This document shows, piece by piece, positions 44,189 to 58,260 of a stretch of DNA of 64,000 bases; the stretch's first letter is position 1; every line of letters starts with the position of its first letter. The notes under the pieces are model-generated. The model was not told where the DNA came from. It made no database searches and saw nothing but the letters and a program-made list of their open reading frames with translations. Origin of the DNA: Eledone cirrhosa (Eukaryota). Position numbers and translations under genes: made by a program. The stretch lies in NCBI GenBank assembly GCA_964016885.1, contig OZ024745.1:71920001-71984000 (forward strand), in the 5' to 3' direction.

Positions 44189-44381
44189 GATTGTGTAATG
44201 AATAGATGAAGACAATTCTAAACTGTTGACTTGTATTTCATTACTATCATATAATTTGAATCCAGTGTACGCAGACCTAATTGTATACTTCGTTGAGTGG
44301 ACTATTCTGCATACAATAGTGTCGGCTGTTTAACTAACACATATCTTCCCAAACCATATATATATACTGGGCCCCATAAAA

Positions 44382-44456
<75 letters not shown>

Positions 44457-44716
44457 AAACGGAGTTTTTATCGAAAGATAAGACAAGAGGAAAAAACGTA
44501 AGAAAAAAAGAGTTGAATATCCAACTGCGCTGTAATTCATGAGGCCATATAACAGACAGTGACACAGAAAAGGGCAATGACATTTAATTCCGTCATTCTT
44601 TAAACTCTGAACGTAAGGCTGAAGTATATTTTATGTTGGTGCACCGTGCATATATATATATATATATATTTATATATATGTATATATATTTATATATATG
44701 TATGTGTATATATATG

Positions 44717-44785
<69 letters not shown>

Positions 44786-44888
44786 ATATATATATATGTA
44801 TGTATGTATGTATATATATATATATGTATGTATGTATGTATATATATATATATGTATGTATGTATATATATATATATATATATGTATG

Positions 44889-44921
<33 letters not shown>

Positions 44922-45072
44922 ATATATGTATATTTTAGAAAGTGAGGTTTTTTTTACAAAATGAAAAATAACCGAGGTGTCCTACACGAGTGAAAGTATA
45001 AAGAAAAAGAGATGAAATCGAAAATGCAACTGGGGTCTTATTTAAAAAAAATATATTTCTATTTATTTGGTT

Positions 45073-45110
45073 CCTTTACCGGTTTCGCAGTTCTTCTGCT
45101 TTTCAAAAGG
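45073..45110 (-). ncRNA. Type I hammerhead ribozyme, U3-A8 variant
   Basis: Exact inverse of 45163-45200. Confidence 0.85.
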
Positions 45111-45162
45111 TGAGTTGAGATGGAGGGTCTGTGAAAAACCACAGACCCTCCATCTCAACTCA

Positions 45163-45200
45163 CCTTTTGAAAAGCAGAAGAACTGCGAAACCGGTAAAGG
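45163..45200 (+). ncRNA. Type I hammerhead ribozyme, U3-A8 variant
   Basis: CCTT TTGAAAA GCAG-AAGAA-CTGC GAAA CCGG TA AAGG. Confidence 0.85.
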
Positions 45201-45733
45201 AACCAAATAAATATATATATTTAAAAAAAAATAAGACTCCAGTTGCATTTTCCATTTCATCTCTTTTTCTATATATATGTATATATATATGAATATATAT
45301 GTATATGTATATATGTATGTATATATGTATGTATGTATATGTATATATGTATGTATATTTATATATGTATGTATGTATATATGTATGTATGTATATATAT
45401 ATGTATATGTATATATATATGTATATGTATATATGTATGTATATATATATTTATGTATATGTATATATGTATGTATGTATATATATATTTATATATATGT
45501 ATGTATATATATATATTTATATATATGTATATATATGTATGTATATATGTATATATATATTTATATATATATGTATATATATATTTATATATATATGTAT
45601 ATATATATATATATATTTAAAATATGTTTTTGAATTTCTTTTTATTGTAAAGAGAAATCTATATTTTATAAAGACACAAGTTTTACAAGAGTAGAACTGT
45701 TTCATTCGTTTGAAATGTCACTGTTGTAATTAT

Positions 45734-45806
<73 letters not shown>

Positions 45807-46097
45807 AGACGTGCGTGTTATCTCTTCTTCTCTTACATTTTTTCACACGATATCTTACTTTCTTCTTCTTGCTTTGTTTCTTCCTTTCTTTTTCTTCCCT
45901 TTTCCTTTTGTTTTCATGCATGACTCTCGTGCTATAAGAGGCACCCAAATAATATGTGTACTTGTAACTTAATTGCGATAAATTGATGTTTTATCTCTCG
46001 TCTCTTATTTCACTGGACAGCGTTTGGCCTGTGTCAGACGCTGTCACCCCGAGTGGACCAGCAGTACCGTTGATAATGGTCGAAACTACCAATATAT

Positions 46098-46128
<31 letters not shown>

Positions 46129-46309
46129 AAATACTTCATTCATATGAAATCAGCAGGAAAGTCCAGATGATTTTTAAATGAATGAAACAATTCTACTCTT
46201 GTAAAACTCGTGTATTTATAAAATATCGATTTTTCTTTACAATAAAAAAAAATTCAAAAACACATTTTAAATGCCAAGACTTGTACTGTTACATATTGTT
46301 TTAAATAAA

Positions 46310-47200
46310 AGTGTTACCTAAACATTCTTTTAATATTTAAATAAAAAAAATTGTGTAAATAGCTTTAAGTACTCCTTGGATGGCTATATAAACTCATGGT
46401 TTTTTCCTTCCTTTGTGTCAAATATACCTTCAAAGATAACTTCCATGGTAGTGTGAATATTAAAAATGAAATGGCCGATCTTCACTAAGCAGGAAGAAAA
46501 TATTCTGACATCCACAAACTACTGATAAAGAAAAACTCTTCTTTTTTCTACTTACAATAAAGAAAATAGCTTTATTACAAATGCAAACGGCAAATATCTG
46601 AAATTCTTTCTTTTATTTTAGATAAAACAGAAAAACCTTCAGCAACAGTAAAGAGAGTTTGGAAGAGCTGAATCCAGACAGTTTCAAGAAAGACCACGAC
46701 AACAGACCTGTCAACTCTTCCCGTTCGACGGGGAGCTCTCCCGACCACTTTGAAAATGGATATAGTTTTAATTTTGTACCCCCTCCCCATCCAGTTTACC
46801 TCAGTTCTTTTCATGGTACTTCTCGTTTGGGGTTTTTAGAGGTTGGCATGTCTGTGACAAGAAGATATATGTTAACTAATAAGCATATTAAGGACAGATA
46901 GCACTCTTGGACCAAATATTAAACCTACGATTCAGAGTGAATCAAGATTTACGATTTGTGGATATTCCTTACAAAAGGGCCTATTCAGATTTGGTGTGAG
47001 ATTTCACGCAGAGCCTATTTCAGCAACAGTGAGACATAGAAAAGGTGGAATCATGTTATGGGTGGCCTTTTAATCTAAATGTTTGTTGGGAAAATAAGAG
47101 GTGGACAATGAATTATTATCGACCTAAAAGTGAGAGGATTATTTGAAAGGATGAAAAAATTATTGACTGGAGAGATATAAAAATAAAAATGATTTTTAAC
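46310..47200 (+). mobile_element. Degenerate Tc1-like transposon interrupted by a MITE
   Basis: LTNKHIKDR, ESRF-like and TVRH..GGIMLW fragments. Confidence 0.55.
46703..46854 (+). mobile_element. MITE-like element
   Basis: TIRs CAGACCTGTCAAC / GTTGGCATGTCTG; flanks CGACAA / TGACAA (possible 6-bp TSD). Confidence 0.75.
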
Positions 47201-47329
47201 AAGACGACGCGGCATTTATGAGATTAAGCAAAGTAATGCGGAAGCAATCGAATTATAACTATAGTTGTGAGTTGTGTTGTTTTATAGGGTATTAATCCTG
47301 TAGAGAATATGTTGTGTGAGTTGTGTGCA

Positions 47330-47800
47330 TGCTTACATCTCTCTCGCTTTCCCCATCTCTCACTATGCAAATCGGAGCCCACGCACAGGCCACCCTGTGG
47401 TCCCGGTGGACAGAATACAGAAGGCGTTTCCCAGGAAGATGTCGGGGGAGACGCGTTGTCAGAGCCATTTAAACTCACGAGACTCACACATGCGGGTAGC
47501 CAACTCAGTGCCGATGGTGGTAAGTAGGGAGATGGTTCTAGTGCCAATAACACCAGAAGTCTCCACTGCTGCGAGCCCGACTGTAAACCTGACATAGAAC
47601 AACCGATATTTGGAGAGTTTACACTCCTCTGCCAGAAGTGCAGCAGCCTGGATTAGTCGCAGACTGTACCAGGTTGCTGCTGGAGAGTGTTGCTGTATGT
47701 GGCATCCCAGATCAGGGGTTTACTGCCGCTGAACGGGAAGATGGTCATGCCGTCTGGCCTTTTGCCGTCCCCTCGGTCCAGCCCCACCGGCTCGTTGGGA
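47330..47800 (+). pseudogene. Deleted/degenerate LINE RT remnant
   Basis: GC-rich island with GDALSEPF and GSQLSADG fragments. Confidence 0.45.
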
Positions 47801-47934
47801 GGGGAAGCCTGCAACACCCAAGTCATACTTCAAACACAAAACTAATGTTTTTCTCCCTGGCTACCCAGAGATCTCCGGTTTAATCTCTAGTTGTATTTGC
47901 AGAGCTTGGTTAAATATTAATATAATATAATATA

Positions 47935-48001
<67 letters not shown>

Positions 48002-48280
48002 GTAGGTGAAGAGGCAGGCTGTGTGGTTACTGACAACGAAGTAGTAAACAGCTGATCAAGGGATACTTTTCTTCTCTTGTTTATGTCCCGTTTACCTTCT
48101 AACACTATATATATATATATATATATCCAGTATATATATCCAGTATATATATATTGTTATACTTGGGGAGGGTCGTCATATTGTAATAATATTGCCAGAA
48201 ATAGTAGCCCTTGACCCTCCCCCCAACAAACACAATATTTGTTTCGACACACGATTTCATATCAAAAACCTTGCAAAACA

Positions 48281-48342
<62 letters not shown>

Positions 48343-49024
48343 ATATATATAGAGAGAGATAGCTAGATAGATGCGCACACATACACGTATATGTGTGTGC
48401 GTGCGTGTGTGTATAGATATATGTTGCCCAGCGTGGAGCTTGGTTTGAGGGGAAGAGAAAAATGGATGCTTTTATTCCTTTGTCTTACATATTTCATATT
48501 TTTTCATGGGCAACTTTGCTATTTATACCATACACACACATGCACACACACACATATATATACATATGGGTCGAGTCGGCGCGTGAATGTTTGCTTTTAT
48601 GTGTGTGTATGCACCCACTCACAGACAAGCTGGCATAGAATATAATATGCATTAAAACAAGAAGAAAATTAATAAATCTATTTTCCCACTACATCTTTCT
48701 TTCTGAGATACAAGAGTCTACAAACTTTACCTATTCAGGGAGTGCATATATATTTAGGAGGAAATACTTTGAGGCTTTACAATTTCCTATCTTCCTAAAG
48801 AAAGTAAAAAAACATCAATCCTCCCACACAGGCATTTGAATAAACAATTTTGTGATAATTTCAGCCAGCACAAACGTTGACTATAAATACACACGTGCAT
48901 ACATTTATACACATGTAAACACACTCACACACATATGGTTGCGCGCGTGTGTATATGCGTGCATGTGGGGGCGTGGGGATATATACATATATATATATAT
49001 ACGTGTACATCCATCTCTCTCTCT

Positions 49025-49074
<50 letters not shown>

Positions 49075-49679
49075 ATTATTATTATTATTATTAGTACAGA
49101 TTAAAGTTTAAGCAAAGAATTTCTGCTTTCAGCCTATTACGGCATCTTTTTTGCTTAAACTTTATATATACTTATATAAATATACTTTTATATATATATA
49201 TACAGTCCTTATCGAGACCTCTCCGTATTTTGGTCTTCGTATTTAGCCAACCTCTGGAATTCACTACGATTTTGGTGCATTCCTGTTGAGGCCGTTCACT
49301 TCTGTGCACATTGGGACAACCCAAACCAGATAGAGACAAGTTGTGCCTTTTTGTGAATTACACAAATATAGAAGAAAGGTATCTGAAGTGTGGCAACTGA
49401 CAAAGAAGGGAGAGGAGAGTGCGAGGAGAAACATATAGAAGGTGGAGAAATAGTAAAACAGAAGAGAATAATAGTGACTGTAGTCCATAGCAGACACAGG
49501 AGAAGGACACTGAAGCGCAGAGAAGGCAAGAACAGAGAATAGAGCAAGACAGCCTGGGCGGTGTGATGTCAATTATATGATTGTTGCCAAAACGCCCGTT
49601 GCTTTTTCCATCGGCTTTCTCTTATGCGACCCTATTTTGAATCCATACTCTAAAGACTTCGTCATACAGGCTATTTTGC

Positions 49680-49714
<35 letters not shown>

Positions 49715-49932
49715 AATTAAAATACTAGAGTGCGTTGGAGTAAAACACACTCGTCGTATTATAGAAATGACAGTATAGGATATAGCTCAATGTAATACAA
49801 CAGAGCCGAAAAATTATAAAAATAAAAATAGAGGGTTGAAATACCACATTTGTTTGAGAAATTTAACTCAGTATTTATACTTTGAGCTTGTTAATTACAG
49901 GGTATCAGTATGAGTTAACTCTGCCTTTTATT

Positions 49933-49970
<38 letters not shown>

Positions 49971-50012
49971 AAATAGACAAAGAAGCCTTCAATACATCAA
50001 AAGTCTTTATTA

Positions 50013-50053
50013 GCCTACAATGTTTCGTCCCATTAATAAGGACTCATCAGGGC
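50013..50053 (-). ncRNA. Type I hammerhead ribozyme
   Basis: GCC CTGATGA GTCC-TTATTAATG-GGAC GAAAC ATT GTA GGC. Confidence 0.85.
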
Positions 50054-50141
50054 AATTAAACAGATAAGAAGCATTAACGGCCAGAACAAGCCAAAACTCA
50101 GAAGCTTGTTCTGGCCGTTAATGCTTCTTATCTGTTTAATT

Positions 50142-50182
50142 GCCCTGATGAGTCCTTATTAATGGGACGAAACATTGTACGC
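50142..50182 (+). ncRNA. Type I hammerhead ribozyme (stem I point mutation)
   Basis: Same as 50013 but ends GTA CGC. Confidence 0.7.
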
Positions 50183-50392
50183 TAATAAAGACTTTTTATG
50201 TATTGAAGGCTTCTTTGTCTATTTTTATAATATATATATATATATATATATACAAATAAAAGGCAGAGTTAACTCATACTGATACCCTGTAATTAACAAG
50301 CTCAAAGTATAAATACTGAGTTAAATTTCTCAAACAAATGTGGTATTTCAACCCTCGTAATTTTAGACACGATTTACTGTGTTTATTACTAC

Positions 50393-50505
<113 letters not shown>

Positions 50506-50912
50506 TGGAGGCGAGGGAATATGGGCGTCTATATCTCCCATGTGTTATATGTACCACATTTCGTATCGCTCGTATAGAATAATGAAATGAATATTTATTT
50601 TGAAATAAAAGTAGTTATTGATTTGAAATATGATTAAATATATACAAATATAATATCAAAGGAAGTAGGGTTTTGAATAAAACGAAATAAAATATAGGAG
50701 ACATATTACATGTATGTCCTATGTGTCTTTGTAAAAATGCTTATAAACAGTTTCTTTCTCGTCTCTTTCTATATTATTAAAAATGTATTACACAATTACT
50801 CTCACACTGACTCACCTCCATCTCTCAGTGTGTGTTTATGTATGTGAATGTATATGTACAGGAGTAAGATATGTCATGTTTAAATGAGTACTCACCACAA
50901 ATAAACAGAGAA

Positions 50913-50984
<72 letters not shown>

Positions 50985-51345
50985 CATAGTATAAAAAAAC
51001 GAAAAATCAGTGATGCATCTGGACTCAGTTTATTGCGTGTTACAATTGTTTCGCCGGCAGGTAGCTAGAGACTTAATCACTGTATGGATGTGGCTGGTTC
51101 TACGGCTGCAGGTTCCTTCGGATACGGGCAGTTCGTTCGGAGCAAATTTTCTCACTGTGTGAGAAAATTTTCTCCGAAACAATTGTAACACAGTGAAACA
51201 ATTGTAACACGCAATAAACTGAGACCAGATGCATCACTGATTTTTAGTTTTTTTATACTATCCACACTCTTCTCTGTATGAATATTGAGTGCTAATTTTG
51301 GCATACCGCCTATGGAAGCACCATAGCTACCATTATACACAAGTA
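50985..51345. repeat. Inverted repeat with HHR 3'-half only (GAAA CAATTG TA)
   Basis: 50987-51051 mirrors 51195-51261; downstream CACTC..TTGAGTGC stem. Confidence 0.7.
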
Positions 51346-51362
51346 TATATATATATATATAT

Positions 51363-51555
51363 ATCAGAGCAAACAACACGGACACTCTATCTCAAAATTA
51401 TTTTTGAAAAGTATTTAGAAATGCGCAACCGGTAAAAACTTAAAAACTTAAAACCACAACTGAATACTAACCCATACAATTACTAATACTCTTTTATTCC
51501 TAATTAAACCATTTTTCAACTGTGAACAATTTGTCAGCATTTTCTATTCCGTTTA

Positions 51556-51560
<5 letters not shown>
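51363..51560 (+). mobile_element. Solo 3' end of the 9061 PLE family, with GCAA-variant HHR (51401-51437)
   Basis: Reverse complement of 9061-9250; bounded by (TA)n. Confidence 0.85.
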
Positions 51561-51632
<72 letters not shown>

Positions 51633-51633
51633 G

Positions 51634-51738
<105 letters not shown>

Positions 51739-52808
51739 CCTTCTGTGTGTCTATCTGTTTTATGGCTTAGTTTGGAGAAAAGGTTTGTAGCAATGACTTT
51801 TACAGACCTTCCTTAGAATAATGAAACCGATAATCATAGCAGTAGTAATATTGTCTTCTTTGTTACGACATATAACTTGCAATATACATGTCGTTACATT
51901 CCTTGTATTTCTGGAATTTTAAACAGAAACAAAGCAATTCAATTTTTGTGTGGGTGTTTCATAGTTTTGTCTTTAACGAAACATATATGGTATTGTTTTA
52001 TCCTTAAATCATAGTTAGAGCCATGTGAATGCATTTTTCCCATTACAATAACGAAGGCCATACATCCCAATTATTGGTTAAAAAGCTTCACCAACGCATA
52101 ATTGGCCAAGTGTGGTGAGAATGGCTACACTCCTGACATGACTAAAACCAAATAGATAGAGGTGGATGTCAACCAGGGAGGGGTTCCACAACGAGAGTGA
52201 GAGGTCTTGAAGTGGATATGTATATATATATATATATATTTGTGTGTGTGTGAGTGTGTATACATATAATACCAATGATCTTCGTTAATTTTATGATATA
52301 TATATGTATGTATGTACACATATGCGCGCAGTACGAATGAACAAAAGCACCAAATTTCTTCTTCAGCTACCTCCAGGGCCATGCAATTTCGTGCACGAAG
52401 GTCGTGTTGCATAATATTGAGCCTAGGTTGCTCGATGGCTTAGAACAAACCACTAGAAAGATGTATATTAGACAACACAACAACATAGAGACAGGAGACA
52501 ACAAGTGAGTGTCTTTCAACTGGAAACAGAACAGGATACGGTACAGACAAGTTGTGAAAATGGTAACGCTGGAAGGAGAGAAATATAAATAGATTTTCAA
52601 GAGCAAGAGAGAGCAAGAGAGAGGAAGAGAGAAAAAGAGAGGGACATAGAAAGACAGAGTGAAAGAGAGGCCTTTCAATCTACTAAGTAAAAAGTTAGTC
52701 AAAGAAGAAATATACCCACCTACATATGTGTGTGTTTCTATGTGTACGCATATATACATAGGACACCCACACATACACACCCACACCCACCCACACATAC
52801 ACACACAG

Positions 52809-52860
<52 letters not shown>

Positions 52861-52939
52861 TGTATAAATAGAGTTATGAACTCAAAATAGTCTCTTACAA
52901 CAAAATAGCTCTAAGAAAGAGATATTTCTGACCCGTATA

Positions 52940-53270
52940 TTATAATAGAATATAAAAGAAAAGCGAACACAGATATATAGATATATGTGTTCAAATCGTA
53001 AGGGACCAGATTCGCTAAGGTGAAAAGAATACTATCTATAGACATTTGGGTTCGTTGGTCTCAATTTAAGAAAAAATTAAGAAAATAATTGCAAACCGGT
53101 AGTTACCACAATTCCGGTTTGTAATTATTTTCTTAATTTTTTCTTAAATTGAGACAAGCGAACCCAATTGTTTATAGTTAATATTCTTTTCACCTTAGCG
53201 AATCTGGTCCCTTTCGATTTGAACACATAATCTATATATCTGTGTTCGCTTTTCTTTTATATTCTATTAC
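52940..53270. repeat. ~155-bp-arm palindrome
   Basis: Arms converge at AAACCGG-TAGTTACCACAATT-CCGGTTT. Confidence 0.9.
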
Positions 53271-53848
53271 GTATATTCTATTACGTATATATATATATAT
53301 ACATATATATATCATAAAATTATATCTACATATATACCAAATAGAGGTAAATTTATACATTTTTAGTTTATAGACATATAAACATGCCAAATATACGTAT
53401 TTCCTTGTCAACTGAAGGAAAAATGATAAAAAACGTTGGAACTGCTTCCATTGCTGATACTATCTACCGGTTGAACTCCTATCAGAAGAAGGCTAGATTT
53501 GAACTCAAACAGTACAGAGCAGATCAGATATCATAAATCTAGAGATTTCACATTTTCACAGGAAATACCAGTCGATTCTTAACCAACTGACACCCAAACA
53601 TTTTAATAAATGATACTATAGACTTATCTGTAGACGAGACACAAGGTTACACAGTAATGACTTTGATCATAGTTTTACTCGAGTAGGTTGAACAATAACA
53701 ATATTATTCTTAATCCTTAATGAGTTGGAGAATAAGTACCAATTTATTTGTGAAATTATTCACTTAACGCGAAACGATTTGACACTGAACTCTCACGGTC
53801 TCCTGTGGCTCATAGAAATATTAGTTGAGATAAAATAATTTCTCTCTC

Positions 53849-53887
<39 letters not shown>

Positions 53888-53892
53888 ATCTA

Positions 53893-53927
<35 letters not shown>

Positions 53928-53969
53928 ATATATATATATATATATATATAGGGTGAGAGAGAAGGAGAG

Positions 53970-54059
<90 letters not shown>

Positions 54060-54233
54060 TTATAGATATGTATATATATATATATTTATAGATATGTATA
54101 TATAGATATAGATAGCTATGTATGTATATATATCTATCTCTCTCTCTATATATAGATGTATAAATATATAGCTATATATATACATATATATATGTATATA
54201 TATATATATAAATAGCTATATATATACATATGT

Positions 54234-54268
<35 letters not shown>

Positions 54269-54655
54269 AGGGGGGGGATTGCAAGTGTCTGAATTACATG
54301 AGCACTTATACTTGAGATTATATACTTTCAAACGAATGATTTTCATTTACAAGATTGACCCAGACTATTTTACCTCAACACTATTTTATCATCCACACAC
54401 TTTCCATACTGTGCAAATTATACGAAACATTGTGGGTTGGGGAAGGTTTACAGAGAATAATCTTCTAACATTTCTAGGCACAAAACTACTTGAATTCACG
54501 TCTGAGACAATCTAGTTATAGGCCCCGTTTTGAACCATATTCCTGTCACTGCAGAAACTGACAAATTTTTATGTATTATTTGTGAAATTACCATTGCTAA
54601 GACGCCAGCGGCACCTCATTTACGGTATTCATTTACTGGTTTACAAATTAAATAT

Positions 54656-54724
<69 letters not shown>

Positions 54725-54729
<5 letters not shown>

Positions 54730-55303
54730 TGAAAACTCTGCCAAGAGTATTGCAATCGCTTGTCAGATTCAGATATGTGACGCTCGGATATGGCTTTTCA
54801 AGCCTGCTAGACACTTGCACTCCTTCACACACTGACGACAACTATGGTTCTCCCTGGCTTAAGGTCCTGCATCAGGTTGCCCGTGAAGCCTTTCAACACC
54901 GTGGAGATCATAGTTGACTGGTTTTCTTTGAACATGGCTGCGACTGTGGCTCCTGAGAGTAGATTTTCTCAAGCAAATTTTTCCACACTCGGGGCACTTC
55001 AATTCAATGGAGACACTTATCGTTTCGAGAGATACACCAGGGCATTGCTACACACATCCCGTTTGATCTTCTCGTGATCTATGCATCTGTCCTCAAAATT
55101 ATGGACCCCATCATTCACCATTCCACGCCAAGTCTCTCTTTCAAGAGCTTCTATCTCCCAGTCAGCCATCATCAAACCAGTTTTTTTCAATGAGTCATTT
55201 ACACAATCCTCGAATCAGAGCCTTGGCTTGTGAGGTGGTCTCTTACCCTCACAAAGCTCGCCATACAAGAGTTGTTTTGGGATTCTATCATCCTCCATTC
55301 TGC
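54725..55303 (-). pseudogene. RTE-type LINE 3' end with zinc-finger-like tail
   Basis: [34 protein letters not shown] and C..LAGLKSHIR.H. Confidence 0.85.
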
Positions 55304-55331
55304 ATATATATATATTTATATATATATATAC

Positions 55332-55410
<79 letters not shown>

Positions 55411-55433
55411 TATATATATATATCCATATATAT

Positions 55434-55530
<97 letters not shown>

Positions 55531-55549
55531 TATATATATCCATATATAT

Positions 55550-55608
<59 letters not shown>

Positions 55609-55843
55609 TATATATATATATATATTCATTAGTTAAGAAAAACAAGACCACAAATTTCACAAGGAAGACATTATTAAAAGATTGTCAACATATTTTAGTT
55701 TGATGTAAGGAATGTAGAGAATAATAATAATTGCACATTGAGCACATACCTTTACGCTTTGGCTTCTAACTAATTCACCAATCTCTCCTCTCCTATCTCC
55801 TTTCTTATCTCCATCTCTCTCTTTAAGATTGGTTACTCTTGAA

Positions 55844-55935
<92 letters not shown>

Positions 55936-55939
<4 letters not shown>

Positions 55940-56554
55940 CACTGTTGAACAAAAAGGTGACGTGGTTGCCTAAACACTGTACGGTGTAATTCGGGCTGTT
56001 TGTTTGTTTACAAACATACTACTGTACGTATGTATACATATATGTATGTACGTATACATACATACTTACATTTAAGTAAGCGCCGTACTAAGAGTGAGAA
56101 ATGAAATTGCGTTTCATTCTATTCCATTTATCGTTTTCGGTGTGCCCGGCCGACTGAACTCACTCGATATGCAAATTAGGCTGCTCAGCCGTTAATATGA
56201 ATATGGAAAGTATATACTTTCAGACGTTCAACCATCTGGCAGGAAGGTATACGATGCTGACGATAGCTAATAATCTTGAAACTAGTACATCGTTCCTGTG
56301 TCAGTGTTGAACAAAAAGGTAACGTGGTTGCCTAAACACTGTACGGCGTAATTCAGGCTGTTTTTTTGTTTACAAACAAACAAACCGAGCATTATAATAA
56401 ATGTTCGGTAAACTGATACGTGCATATATATATGTGTGCATGTGTGTATATATATACTACTGTACGTCTGTATACATATATGTACATACTTACATTTAAG
56501 TAAGTGCCGTGCCTAGAGTGAGAAATGTAATTTCGTTTCATTCTATTCCATTTA
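55936..56554 (+). repeat. Partial tandem repeat (~362-bp period) around an HHR, in (TA)n
   Basis: GTGTCA.TGTTGAACAAAAAGGT.ACGTGGTTGCC occurs at 55936 and 56298. Confidence 0.85.
56251..56293 (+). ncRNA. Type I hammerhead ribozyme
   Basis: ACGATG CTGACGA TAG-CTAATAAT-CTT GAAA CTAG TA CATCGT. Confidence 0.8.
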
Positions 56555-56569
56555 TATTCATATATATAT

Positions 56570-56679
<110 letters not shown>

Positions 56680-56783
56680 GCGGTGTTTGCATAGCTACGG
56701 CTTCCTAAAACCGTATTTCCTTGGAGATACGAAATATTTATACATATTGTATAAAGCTATGCTTGAAGCGAAATCCTATTTCT

Positions 56784-56876
<93 letters not shown>

Positions 56877-56907
56877 ATATATATATATATATATATGAAT
56901 ATATATA

Positions 56908-56947
<40 letters not shown>

Positions 56948-57075
56948 AAAGTTCTATTTAAATTGTTGGGTTACAACAAGCAAATATTTTTATAACTGAT
57001 ATTAATGCACTCGACAAGTATTTGGAGTAAATATACGATATTAACAAATGGAAACTATATTTATAAAACCATATC

Positions 57076-57140
57076 TATTTTATTATACATATTTCAAGGA
57101 TACCATGTTAAATTATGGTATGCCTTCATCAGACAAAATA
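57076..57140 (-). ncRNA. Type I hammerhead ribozyme (left arm of palindrome 57036-57399)
   Basis: Inverse of 57293-57357. Confidence 0.8.
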
Positions 57141-57292
57141 CAATATATACCAGTTTTACAAATAAATATTGACATACCCTTGACAAATAAATATTGACAA
57201 ATAAATATTGACATATCCTGATGTCTTCCAAAAGTAACGGTTGCATTTTGAAAGGGTATGTCAATATTTATTTGTAAAACTGGTATACATTG

Positions 57293-57357
57293 TATTTTGT
57301 CTGATGAAAGCATACCATAATTTAACATGGTATCCTTGAAATATGTATAATAAAATA
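57293..57357 (+). ncRNA. Type I hammerhead ribozyme
   Basis: TATTTTGT CTGATGA AAGCATACCAT-AATTTAAC-ATGGTATCCTT GAAA TATGTA TA ATAAAATA. Confidence 0.85.
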
Positions 57358-57396
57358 GATATGGTTTTATAAATAAAGTTTCCATTTGCTAATATC

Positions 57397-57454
<58 letters not shown>

Positions 57455-57459
<5 letters not shown>

Positions 57460-57645
57460 AACAAGTATGACCCCGACGGCAGAGCTCAAGCCGTTTCCAC
57501 GGCTAATTCTGGACAGAATTAGCCGTCGAAACGGTTTGAGCTCTGCCGTTGGGGTCATACTTGTTCCTATTACCCACTCTACTACCCTAAGTATTGAGTA
57601 CTTGGTGCGTTATGGTCCATCTGGTTCCTTACCACATTTCCTTCG

Positions 57646-57648
<3 letters not shown>
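57455..57648 (+). mobile_element. Fold-back (half-hammerhead) short element, best-preserved copy
   Basis: ~55-bp-arm hairpin centred on AATTCTG-GA-CAGAATT; tail CACTC..TATTGAGTAC; bounded by (TA)n. Confidence 0.85.
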
Positions 57649-57706
<58 letters not shown>

Positions 57707-57836
57707 CAAAGGGATATTCAATTTGTTGGTAATTCAACAAATATATTTATAACAGTTTCGAAGCACTCGACGAGTTTTCTGGAGTATAATATCAATGATA
57801 TTAAATAAATGGAAACTATATTTATAAAACCATATT

Positions 57837-57899
57837 TATTCTATTATATATATATTTCAAGGGTACCAAAACTTTGGTACGCTTTCATCAGATAAAATA
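57837..57899 (-). ncRNA. Type I hammerhead ribozyme (palindrome 57806-58130; partner 58027-58087 is decayed)
   Basis: TATTTTAT CTGATGA AAGCGTACCAAA-GT-TTTGGTACCCTT GAAA TATATATA TA ATAGAATA. Confidence 0.8.
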
Positions 57900-58128
57900 C
57901 AAAGTTTTTTCTTTTTTTTCGTTTCCCCTTTTTCCCTTTTTCTCTCTTTCATTTCACTATCCAGGTGAAAGTTAAATCGTTAAGGTCTCATTTCTGGGTA
58001 TGTCAATATTTTTAAAACAAACTTTGTATTTTATCTGATGAGAGCTTACCAAAGTATTTGAACCCTTAAAATATATATAATAGAAAAAATATGGTTTTAT
58101 AAATATAGTTTCCATTTATTAATATGAT

Positions 58129-58178
<50 letters not shown>

Positions 58179-58260
58179 GTTATTCCGGGTTGAATCGGAG
58201 GTAACCACAGTAAGTAAGGTACTCAATACATTGCAGAGTATAACAGTTTTAATATAGATG

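Larger units (their letters stand above)
45002..45270. repeat. Palindrome with one HHR per arm
   Basis: Centre GGTCTGTG-AAAAAC-CACAGACC at ~45136. Confidence 0.95.
49831..50356. repeat. ~260-bp-arm palindrome containing mirrored (TA)n and HHRs
   Basis: Arms are nearly identical; centre at ~50097. Confidence 0.95.
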
